Shown here piece after piece: positions 35,206 to 44,500 of a DNA stretch of 64,000 bases (within the stretch, counting starts at the first letter, position 1; each line of letters starts with the position of its first letter). Under the pieces are notes generated by a model that saw only the letters and a program-made list of their open reading frames with translations, had not been told where the DNA came from and did no database searches. Location of the stretch: contig JAZTWN010000055.1 of the NCBI GenBank assembly GCA_045635905.1, forward strand, positions 1,894-65,893. Reading direction: 5' to 3'. The translations under genes and the position numbers were made by a program. The DNA is from Acutalibacteraceae bacterium. Lineage in GTDB: Bacteria; Bacillota; Clostridia; Oscillospirales; Acutalibacteraceae.

Positions 35206-36894
35206 TTATTCTGCAATATGTGAGAAAAAGAAGTCCCTCTTCTCGTCATTATCGATAACCTTAATGGGCTTTACCTGATTAAGATTTGCACCGCGCTTTC
35301 TGAGAACCTCTCGGTAGTCGTCATAGGTTCCGTGACGCAAAAACTTAACCTCGGGATGTCCCAGCGCACCGCTCTTTATAAGAGGCTCTACGGAAACATT
35401 ACCCTTGCAGAGCATTTCTTCAAACACCTGGGCATACCTTGCTTTTTTGTCTTCGGCTACAGGCTGCGCAGTTTCAAGAAGTAAAACGTAGTGTCCGGGA
35501 GAGGTGGAGCGATCGGGATAAATACTGTATCCGATATACAAATCGTCCATTTCATTGGAAAGATTTTCTACCATTTCATCAAATGCCATCTGACTTATCT
35601 TTTCGCCACTTATATTTGCAATCTGATTAAGGCGGTAACAGAAGGTAATTTTAGGCACCTGATGATAATATCCCGTGCATTTTACAACATCTTCAATTCT
35701 GTAGCGGTAGAAGCCGCTCATATTGGTAAGAATAAGCTCATATTCCTTACCGGGCTCAAGATCCTTGATTGTAAGAAGGTTATCGTAGCCCTCCTGCTCA
35801 ACGGGTCGGAATTCATAGAAGCCGTTCTGAGGAAGCATAACGTATTCAAAGGAGTTAAGCTCCATAGGAACTGCCATAAAAGCCTCGGTTGCGGTATAGC
35901 CAAGATAATGAATGGGCATATCCTCACCTATATATCTGCGAAGCTTTTTTGCATAAAGTGAAAGAGCGCCCGTTCCCATACCGTAAAGCCATTCAACCCT
36001 GGGAAGAATTCTCGGAACGATGGGAGATTCGTCAAAGCCCTTTCTGAACTCATTACGAAGCTCCTCAGCTCTCTTGGGCATAGGCTTTAATTTTCTTTCC
36101 AATTTCTTTCTTATATGCGCGGGAACGTTTACGCTTTCGTTGATAATCCCCTTTTCGATATCATCGCAGAGCATTTCCCAGTTTTCCTCCATATAGAAAA
36201 ACATTGATTCGAGCGTTGTGATGAATATTGTACCGAGATAGCTTGTTTTCGTGTTGATAAGCGCAAATCTCAGTTTAAGATAATGCATATCCATATCAGA
36301 GCCGTCGGGGAAAAGCACCTCCTTCGGGGAGGTAGCAAAAATAGGAACAAGGGGACGGATATTAAGAAGCGGAATTGAAGAAAGACAGCTTATTGTGCCG
36401 CCCTTCATCTTACGCCACGATGTTTCTGCAGTAAGAAGTCCCTTCTGAGGAGGAAGTGGTCTTCCCTTTCTTATAAACCATTTTACGGCGCAGCCTATGG
36501 GTGCGGAAAAGCCAAAGCACTGTGCAACCCACTCTGCCCAGAATGAAAGAGGAACAAGCTTTGATTTACCGGTGCTTCCCGAGCTTTCTGTAAAGCGTCT
36601 GACTGGAAGATTTGTGATAAGCCCTCTTTCCCCCTCTGCCATTCGCCATACATATTCGTCATAGTCGGCATAGGTGGAAAGGGGAACTATTTTCTGATAG
36701 TCCTCTATTGATTTTACCTTGTTGAAATTATGAATCCGTCCGTACTCGGTGGACTTATTCCAGCGCATAAGTCTTTTTACGGTTTTCTCCTGTAATTTAA
36801 GACCTCTGCGAGAATATATATTGAGCTTTATGTGCTCACAGGTACCGACTAAGCCGCCGTATGAGGAAAGTATGTATCCTAATATATTAAGCAT
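35206..36894 (-). CDS. GH3 (auxin-responsive promoter) family adenylate-forming acyl-acid amido synthetase homologue
   Basis: FTESSGSTGKSKLVPL (GH3 P-loop-like SSGT(T/S)xGxxKxxP), GFYRYRIEDVVKCTGYYHQVPKITFCYR (GH3 YRxGDxV...P.. motif), and C-terminal NQVKPIKV (QxKxPR-like). 562 aa. Confidence 0.8.
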   Translation of the reverse strand: MLNILGYILSSYGGLVGTCEHIKLNIYSRRGLKLQEKTVKRLMRWNKSTEYGRIHNFNKVKSIEDYQKIVPLSTYADYDEYVWRMAEGERGLITNLPVRRFTESSGSTGKSKLVPLSFWAEWVAQCFGFSAPIGCAVKWFIRKGRPLPPQKGLLTAETSWRKMKGGTISCLSSIPLLNIRPLVPIFATSPKEVLFPDGSDMDMHYLKLRFALINTKTSYLGTIFITTLESMFFYMEENWEMLCDDIEKGIINESVNVPAHIRKKLERKLKPMPKRAEELRNEFRKGFDESPIVPRILPRVEWLYGMGTGALSLYAKKLRRYIGEDMPIHYLGYTATEAFMAVPMELNSFEYVMLPQNGFYEFRPVEQEGYDNLLTIKDLEPGKEYELILTNMSGFYRYRIEDVVKCTGYYHQVPKITFCYRLNQIANISGEKISQMAFDEMVENLSNEMDDLYIGYSIYPDRSTSPGHYVLLLETAQPVAEDKKARYAQVFEEMLCKGNVSVEPLIKSGALGHPEVKFLRHGTYDDYREVLRKRGANLNQVKPIKVIDNDEKRDFFFSHIAE

Positions 36895-36917
36895 TAATTT
36901 TCACCCTATATTTTTTA

Positions 36918-38072
36918 TCAGAAATTTTCAATAAAGCGTGTGGGACGGTAAGGAAATGCGCGGAAGAAATCCCTGGAACTTTCTTTTATTTCCGCACCGT
37001 ATATGAACGCTGCAGTTTCCATTGTGTGGCCCTCACCTGCAAGCATAAGCCTTGCTGCGGCAGTTTCGGAAAGAGCAAGGTCATATTCACCCTCTGCTCT
37101 TCTCGTAACAGTAGCTCTGCCGTTTTCATATTCAACGTCAAATATACCGCTGTTCTGCGGAAGACGGTCACGACTCATAAGACTGAAGCGGCCGTATTCC
37201 TCAGGGTATTCATTGATTTCAAGAAGCTTCTGCAGATTATATATTCTGCCCGCACAGCCGCTGTTATAATCATAAAAGGTTCCTGGGATTCTGTCTGCAA
37301 GTAAGGAGAACGGTGAGCCCGGATACTGATTGCGGACAACAAGATTTTTTACAATACCGTCGTAATTACGCAAGAAGCCGATCAGCGCATACAATGCTGA
37401 AGGAGTAAGGCAGTAAAGGTCATTTACAAAAAGTGTTTCGGGACGGGTAACGGTAAAACGGACATAACCGTCAGCAACACCGTTTTCATCGCGGTGAAAA
37501 TACGTATAATCGGCATTTTCAAGAGGCTTACCGCAGAAAAACTTCTTATCATTGTGAAGCGTCATAAGATTTTCCTTAAGAGCACACTTGCCGTGAAGCT
37601 CACTTATTTCTTCAAAATACTCATCAGAATAAGGAATAACCTCCGTACATCTGGGAATATGATTCATATTCTCAAATGGCACTCTTATTGCAAAAAGGCG
37701 GTTAAGATTTGCATAGCCGAATTTTTCGTAATATGAAATTGAAAACGGGAAAAGAAGACCTATTGTCCAGTCCTTTTCAAGAGCAAGCTCTTCAATTTTT
37801 TCAAAAATGGCTCTTACGCCGCCAAGACGCCTTGCCTCGGGAAGACTGCAAACACCGCTTGCAACCACTGCGTTGATAAACGTACCGCAATAGTTTGTGC
37901 TGAAGGGTAATACCTCGGAGCCTGCAATCATTCTGTCACCGTCAAAGGCACACATAACAGGCATATCAACGTGGTCATCCACGGCTGCATCAAATTTCCA
38001 TATAAATGAGGCTGATGATATTTTAAGGTAATCAATTTCTTCCTGTTGAGTTGAAACATATCTTACGTCCAT
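36918..38072 (-). CDS. Eis-like GNAT N-acetyltransferase with C-terminal SCP2-type domain
   Basis: GNAT motif A (LPEARRLGGVRAIFEKIEELA), followed by FPFSISYYEKFGYAN (Eis-like). The ~384-aa three-domain length fits. RBS GGAGG 5 nt upstream. Confidence 0.65.
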   Translation of the reverse strand: MDVRYVSTQQEEIDYLKISSASFIWKFDAAVDDHVDMPVMCAFDGDRMIAGSEVLPFSTNYCGTFINAVVASGVCSLPEARRLGGVRAIFEKIEELALEKDWTIGLLFPFSISYYEKFGYANLNRLFAIRVPFENMNHIPRCTEVIPYSDEYFEEISELHGKCALKENLMTLHNDKKFFCGKPLENADYTYFHRDENGVADGYVRFTVTRPETLFVNDLYCLTPSALYALIGFLRNYDGIVKNLVVRNQYPGSPFSLLADRIPGTFYDYNSGCAGRIYNLQKLLEINEYPEEYGRFSLMSRDRLPQNSGIFDVEYENGRATVTRRAEGEYDLALSETAAARLMLAGEGHTMETAAFIYGAEIKESSRDFFRAFPYRPTRFIENF

Positions 38073-38083
38073 AAAGACCTCCG

Positions 38084-41000
38084 TTATTTTGCTTTTCTGC
38101 TTTCAATAAGCTTCTTTACGCGCTTATCATTTTTAATTCCGTCTATAACCTTGTTGTTGATGATGTAATAAAGGTCACCCAAGGAATTTTTGTTATAGCA
38201 GCCCTCCATAACAAAATGGACACAGAAATCTCTGTCGAAGAGCTTATCAAGCACTCTTTCAATTGCATTTCTGCGGGAATGCTTTACAGCATAATCTGAG
38301 AAGGTATAGTCAAATTCTCTCTTTTCAAGGGTATCAAAATGCTCGTCACCCTTAATAAAGTAAGTATCGTTTTTAATTGCCGTAGCGGCAAAAACAACAA
38401 TATCCTTGTTTACGGGAAGCTTCACAGCGGCTACTCCCCTTACAGGTATTGCGATACTGTAAAGATAAAGCTGCTTCGCAATCATATCCCCGTCAGGAGA
38501 ATGTGTATGAGTTACGGTGAGCGCCTGAGGACAGGGTTTTATATAGCCTGTAATTTTTTCGCGCATAAGGTCCCACGTGCCGGGAGCCTCATCGTGACTC
38601 TGCACAGAAGCGATAAATTTATTTTCATCACACAAAAATTCTGCCTTAACATCACCGCCAAGGGACGTAAGGAGAAGATGCAGGGTATCTGCGCCATCGG
38701 GTACGCTGATATTCTGTCCGTCACAAGCAATACAGTTCTTTTCTTCCTTTGAAAGGCTATAATCAATTCCTGCAAAATTGAATTTTTCGGGAAGCATTTC
38801 GCAGGGTGCGGAAATTCCGTTTTTAAGTGTTGAATCCTTTCGGCTTTCATTTCTTGTTATACCGCAGTCTGTAAACCTGAGAGCAACACTCTCCTGCAGA
38901 ATACCGTCAGCGGATGAATTTTTTTCGAATACCAGCATAAAGCTGTTAATGGAATTAGCATCAGCATCAAACACAAGTCTGCCGTCAGTAACTTCAATTT
39001 CCTTAATAAGCTTTTCGTCACCTGTAACAGCATAAGCCTTGCTTACGGGCACTGAAAATTCAACGGAAACGTTTTCCTGTCTTTTCCCCGATGCTTCAAC
39101 GAGTCTTATTACGGTATTATCGTTTTCCTGCGCCTTTTTAAGTGCTGAAATTCTTACCCTTTCATTACTTACTTTTACAAATGAGAAGCCGTCGGCAACA
39201 CCACCGCTATGCTTATCGGCAACAAAGCTGTGCATAGGCTGGCAGAAGCGTTCTGCATAAGCCGAAGCCATTGCAGGCTCACCGCTATGACCGAAAACTG
39301 CATAGGAATAACGGTTAAGTCCCATATCCATTACATGCTGCGAGCATTCGTGACGGTAATTTGCAAAGGGAGTATGAACGCAGGTAAGGCGAAGAGTGGA
39401 ATTGTCGGGCTTATCCCAGCCTGTACGGGAATCACTGAAAACAGAAACACCGAAGCTTCCGTCCTTATCTGTGATATCTGCCCATTTCTGTGCAGGCACC
39501 TCGTAAAGCCTTTCTGTATTATTACCGCGCTTTGTGTAGCCGAGTCCTATATCATAATTTGCATTTTCGTTCTCTGAAGAAAGCCTGAATTCTGTTTTGA
39601 GAAGAGATGCCTCCTCTCTCCAATCTGTTTCGTTATATACGGTAACGAATTCACTTTCGGCATCAAGTGAAATTACGCTTGTAAACGTAGATTTATTTGC
39701 CTTTCTTATAATTTCAACAGAGCATAAGGCAGGTCCGTTATCTTTAATTTTAATTTCGGGAGCAGAAGGATACATATAGGGGGCTTCCTTTATATCCTCA
39801 TACTTTACCTCCCATGCGGGCCAGTCAAAGCTGTGAACGTTATTAAGAATTGCGTTTTTTATAGGAGCTGAAAGAAGCTCCTTATCAAGCTTTTTATTGT
39901 AAACGGAGGAAATATCTCCGTTTTCGTCAATAGTAACCTTGATGAATTTATTTTCAAGAGAGCCGGTGCTTACTGAAATTTCAGATGTTATTTTTTCTGT
40001 TCTTTCACAGGGCACAACGTCATATACGGCAAGACCGCAGGAGGGCACTTCCGCAATAAAGGTTACCCTTCTTTTTCCATTTTCGGATTTTGTCTGTGCT
40101 GCAACTGCATTTCCCTTTCTGTCATAAACAGCAAAGTCAGCAGCATCGGAATCAAGAAGCACACTTACGGCTTCCCTTCTTGATGAAGCACTCTCCACAG
40201 GGTTTGATACTACAACAGGTATCCCCTTTACAAAGGAGGTATCAAGCATCCTTGAAAGTGCCTTACATGATGCAGTGTATTCAGCTGAAAACGTATTCAT
40301 TGACTGAACGTAGTCACTATAGCTTCTTTTGTAGCACTCTTCAAATGAGGTGCCTGTAATATCATCGTGGAAATGATGAGTAATTACCCTTTTCCACGCA
40401 GCATCAAAGCCGTACTGAGGATAATCACGAAGACCGTAAACAGCTGCAGCAGAGGTAAATCTTTCAGCCGCATCCGCAAGAAGCTCGTTTCGTCTGTTCC
40501 AACGCTTTGTGGGTGTTCTTGAGGTATAGCTTCCTGTGCCGTGGCGAGTCATAAGAAATTCTGATTCCCATACGGGAAGAGCATTTTTCTGCTCTTCGGA
40601 CATAGCACAGATATCGTCGAAAAATTCCTTTGTTGTAGCAGATAAAACCTCGGTATCACTGCTTTCATTCTGTCTTGCAGAATCTACAACAACCTTAATA
40701 GAGCTTTCCTTAGGCGCACCGCCTCTGTCACCGTTTCCGTGATAAACAAAGGTTTTATCGAGCCCGTATTTCTTTTTATTGCTGTCAAGCTTATCTGTAA
40801 TTCTCTCGTTATTTCTTACATCCTTCATTATTGTGGTGTAGGAAAAGGGATTGATCGCACTCCATACACCCTTACCGTCAGGTCCTTTCCAGAAGCCGAT
40901 ATCAAAGGGAATGTCTACTGCCGCACCCCAGGGCAACTTACAGGTTGAAAAGCCCGTAAGTCCCGAATGAGCCGCAACGGAGGGCAGAGCACGTCCGAAA

Positions 41001-41392
41001 CCGAAGCAGTCGGGAATAAATATATCGTTTGATTCCTTTCCGAATTCAGCACGGAAAAAGCCGTTACCGTAAAGAATATTTCTTGTAAGTGCTTCGGGGG
41101 AAGGAATATTCACGTCACCGTTTTCAAAGCAGGAGCCGCAGGGATTCCATCTGCCGTCTGCAATATATTTCTTTAATCTTTCATACAAATCGGGGTAGTA
41201 TTCCTTGAGAAGCTCATAGCGGAGGCTTCCCTCGAAATTGAATTTATACTCGGGATATTTATCAAGTAAATCAAGATTTTTCACAAAAGTATCGGGAATG
41301 TATTCTTTAACAGACCTTTCATAGGTCCAAAGCCACGAGGTATCAAGATGAGCTGTTGCAATTGTGTAAATTCTGTCGCGTTGCTTCTTCAT
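38084..41392 (-). CDS. Glycoside hydrolase family 38 alpha-mannosidase (cytoplasmic; no signal peptide)
   Basis: N-terminus IYTIATAHLDTSWLWTYERS (GH38 HxDxxW), then FIPDCFGF and HHFHDDITGTS motifs. 1,102 aa, the typical length. Confidence 0.9.
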   Translation of the reverse strand: MKKQRDRIYTIATAHLDTSWLWTYERSVKEYIPDTFVKNLDLLDKYPEYKFNFEGSLRYELLKEYYPDLYERLKKYIADGRWNPCGSCFENGDVNIPSPEALTRNILYGNGFFRAEFGKESNDIFIPDCFGFGRALPSVAAHSGLTGFSTCKLPWGAAVDIPFDIGFWKGPDGKGVWSAINPFSYTTIMKDVRNNERITDKLDSNKKKYGLDKTFVYHGNGDRGGAPKESSIKVVVDSARQNESSDTEVLSATTKEFFDDICAMSEEQKNALPVWESEFLMTRHGTGSYTSRTPTKRWNRRNELLADAAERFTSAAAVYGLRDYPQYGFDAAWKRVITHHFHDDITGTSFEECYKRSYSDYVQSMNTFSAEYTASCKALSRMLDTSFVKGIPVVVSNPVESASSRREAVSVLLDSDAADFAVYDRKGNAVAAQTKSENGKRRVTFIAEVPSCGLAVYDVVPCERTEKITSEISVSTGSLENKFIKVTIDENGDISSVYNKKLDKELLSAPIKNAILNNVHSFDWPAWEVKYEDIKEAPYMYPSAPEIKIKDNGPALCSVEIIRKANKSTFTSVISLDAESEFVTVYNETDWREEASLLKTEFRLSSENENANYDIGLGYTKRGNNTERLYEVPAQKWADITDKDGSFGVSVFSDSRTGWDKPDNSTLRLTCVHTPFANYRHECSQHVMDMGLNRYSYAVFGHSGEPAMASAYAERFCQPMHSFVADKHSGGVADGFSFVKVSNERVRISALKKAQENDNTVIRLVEASGKRQENVSVEFSVPVSKAYAVTGDEKLIKEIEVTDGRLVFDADANSINSFMLVFEKNSSADGILQESVALRFTDCGITRNESRKDSTLKNGISAPCEMLPEKFNFAGIDYSLSKEEKNCIACDGQNISVPDGADTLHLLLTSLGGDVKAEFLCDENKFIASVQSHDEAPGTWDLMREKITGYIKPCPQALTVTHTHSPDGDMIAKQLYLYSIAIPVRGVAAVKLPVNKDIVVFAATAIKNDTYFIKGDEHFDTLEKREFDYTFSDYAVKHSRRNAIERVLDKLFDRDFCVHFVMEGCYNKNSLGDLYYIINNKVIDGIKNDKRVKKLIESRKAK

Positions 41393-41427
41393 AATGGATT
41401 TCTCCCCCGTTAATTATAGATGGTACA

Positions 41428-41436
41428 ATTATATCA
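41428..41436 (-). promoter_or_regulatory. Candidate extended -10 promoter element (TGATATAAT) for the GH38-to-TraX operon
   Basis: The minus strand reads TGATATAAT about 35 nt upstream of the GH38 ATG. The -35 is weak (CTTTAT). It lies just downstream of the terminator at 41496-41538. Confidence 0.4.
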
Positions 41437-41495
41437 AATTATTTATTATAAATAAAGCACTTTATTATAAATTTTCTTATATTTCAACATATTAT

Positions 41496-41538
41496 AAAAA
41501 AATTTACCACCGCCTGACAGCACGTCATGCGGTGGTAA
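41496..41538 (-). terminator. Rho-independent terminator after the dockerin phosphoesterase gene
   Basis: The minus strand shows TTACCACCGC-(15-nt loop)-GCGGTGGTAA, a 10-bp stem, followed by ATTTTTTT. Confidence 0.7.
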
Positions 41539-41544
41539 TGATAT

Positions 41545-44500
41545 TTATTTAAGCTTTTCAAGTCCGACAGAGGCACGAAGAATAAGTCTTGCATCAGCTG
41601 CACTTATTGCGCCGTCCTTATCGGCATCAGCAGCCTGCTTCTGAGCATCATTGAGCTTTTCAAGTCCGACAGACGCTCTGAGAGCAAGTCTTGCATCGGA
41701 TGCACTGACAGTGCCGTCATCATCGACGTCACCGACAGTAGCAACAGGCTTGGGAACAGGATTGATTACAAAGGTTAAGGTCTTCTCGCCGGCGTATTTG
41801 CCAATGAAGCTTACCTTAACGTTATACTCCCCTGCTTCAATACACTTACCGCTGTAGGTAAGCTTATAATCGGTACCTTCAACAAGCACCTTTCCCTGTG
41901 AATCCGTCACCTTTACTAAAGGCTGCTGCACACTACCGTTATAAGTAAAGTTATCCTCAGAGAGGGCAATTGTTTTGGGTCTGTAAATTACAGTGGATTC
42001 ACCCTTTGAGCACTCGACACATACGGATGAAACTGAACCGTCTGCAGTAAGCGTTGCGGGCTGAATTACCTCCTTGTACTCGTGAGTATGGTCATAAAGA
42101 CCTATGGTGAACTGACTGAGCACTGAGCCGTAGCAATCCTTTTCTACGGAATAGTAGCGGACTGTAAGAGTTTTGCCGTCATTGGAGAAATAGAACATTG
42201 CAACCATACCTGTTGAACCGATGTTTTTATCAACGTACTGTGCGTCAATAAGCATCTGGGTTACAACGTTTCCGTGTCTGCCCTTGTCCTGACGGTAAAC
42301 AACGTGCTGCCAGGGGTCGTGACCAGATAATACCATAAGAACGTTTTCGTGCTTTGAAATACACTTATCCCACATATCGTTACCGTTCTGAGCATTATCG
42401 TAGCCCTGATAGTATGTGGGAGGATAGCAATCCTCTTCAGAGATTGTTGTTCCGTCACGGTACATATATGCGTGAGTTACAACTATAACCTTATGCTCGG
42501 GATGTGCGGTAATAATCTTGTCTGCCCACTTAAGAGTTTCTTCATTGGGAGCAAAATCAAGTGTAATAATAAGGTAATCAGTACCCTGAACACTGAAGGT
42601 TCTGTATGAGTTTGTAAGGTCGCCCTTTACATCGCCGCCCTCGGGAATATCCTCCTCTCGGGTCATATAGATTATGCTTCCGTCCTCCTGCTCAACAGGA
42701 ATAAGTCCGGGCTGATCGGGGTCAGTAAGTGAAACAGTGCCCTCATTCATCATACCCTCTACGTTTTTTTCATAGAAGCCGTTGTGGAGATTTCTGTTGA
42801 AATCATCCCAGTCATCGTGATTTCCTCGTGCAAGAGAATAAGGAATAATGCCGTTAAGCTTGCTAATGCTGTTTATTGCAGTTACCCATTCACCGTCAGT
42901 ACTGTCGTCGGTTATGTCACCAAGACCGATAACGTATTCTATCTTCTGTGAGGTCTTATTTTCAACAAGCCAGTCATATATTGCCTCCATAGCCTCGGGA
43001 TCTTTTTCACACATGGTCTGTGTATCACCGATAACGGCAAAGGAATAATCGAAGTCACCTACAGGTGCAACATCTTCCTTATCCTGCCATAAAAGAATAT
43101 GCTCAAGGTCATTATTATTAGCGGAAAGGTCTTCTACAAAATGCTCGGGGCATTTTGTAAAGTCGTATGCAGCAAGAAGCTTATCATCCTTCACATCAAT
43201 GCCGTTTTTGTAGTCAGCTGCAATTTCAGCCGCACTACGCATGTCAGACCATACTGCAACAGAATAGATTTCACCTGTGAAATATGTTGCGTTACCGTTT
43301 CTGTGATCACCGCCGATAACTGCATTATGCTTTTCCTCAAAGGTAACGGGTACCTTTACGTTCTTTTTGGTCTGCATAAGCTCACCGTTAACGTAACAAT
43401 GAATTTCCTTCTTATTGAAATCCATTGTAAATGCAAGATGTACCTTTTCACCTGTTGCAACGTTTACGTTTGAGAAGGTATATACGCTTGTTCCCGAATA
43501 TGCCGCAACGTCTCTTATAGCAAGTCGGGGCTGACCGCTTTTATTGAGAGAAAATACTATACAGGGATCATACATACCGTCGCTTCCGAGGATTGTTGTT
43601 GTACCAGTAAGAGTATCTGCGTCAACCGAGAATTCTGCCTCAAAGGTAAGAGGCATTGAGCTGTACTTCTTTGTAAGCACGTACTGCTCATCTGTATTAC
43701 AGGTAAGTGAGCCCTCGTTGTAGCATTCAATACATTCTACAACTGTTACCTTTACGGTATCCTTTGTCTTACCGTCAGAAACGGTAATTGTAGCAGTACC
43801 TGTATTCTTACCTGTAATTTTTCCGTTAACAACACCTGCAACCGAACTGTTGCTTGTGGACCAGGTAAGAGCTGCAGAGCCGTAGTTTGCAGGCTCAACC
43901 TCATAGGTCTGCCCTACCTCAAGGGTAAGAGTCTGGGGATTTACCTCAAAGGACTTTCCGACACCGCCGTAAGAAAATCTGCTTGCAAATATTTCATAGA
44001 AGCCGGGGGTATCCTCGTTATCAATTTCGTTGATAACAAGCATTGAGTTTGTTCTGTACCAGAATGCAGCCATACCGTAGTTACAGGATGTAAGAATAGA
44101 TACATTATGACGAACTCCATTTTCGGAATAGCTCATTATCATATCCTTTGCATGAATACCGCTGTTGGACTTTGTTATGTTTCTGTAGCCTATTTCAGAA
44201 CCAAGCTTCAGCTGCTCAATACCCTCAGTATCAAATGAAGACAGATGTATTGAAAACTTATTGTTTGCATTGGGTCTGTTGCAGAAAACATCGTTAACCT
44301 TTGCCATAAGCGTCTGCTTGATATTACAGTTGCCGGCAGAATATGAATTCCACGTAAATTCAACATAATCGTCAGATGCCTGAAGCTTATCAATATATTT
44401 ACAGGTGGGATTAAAATCGGGCTCCCATACATCAGTTGCACCACCGAAGGGAGTGAAATAAAGCTCAAACACAGGATCTGTTTCCGAGCCGGGATAAATA

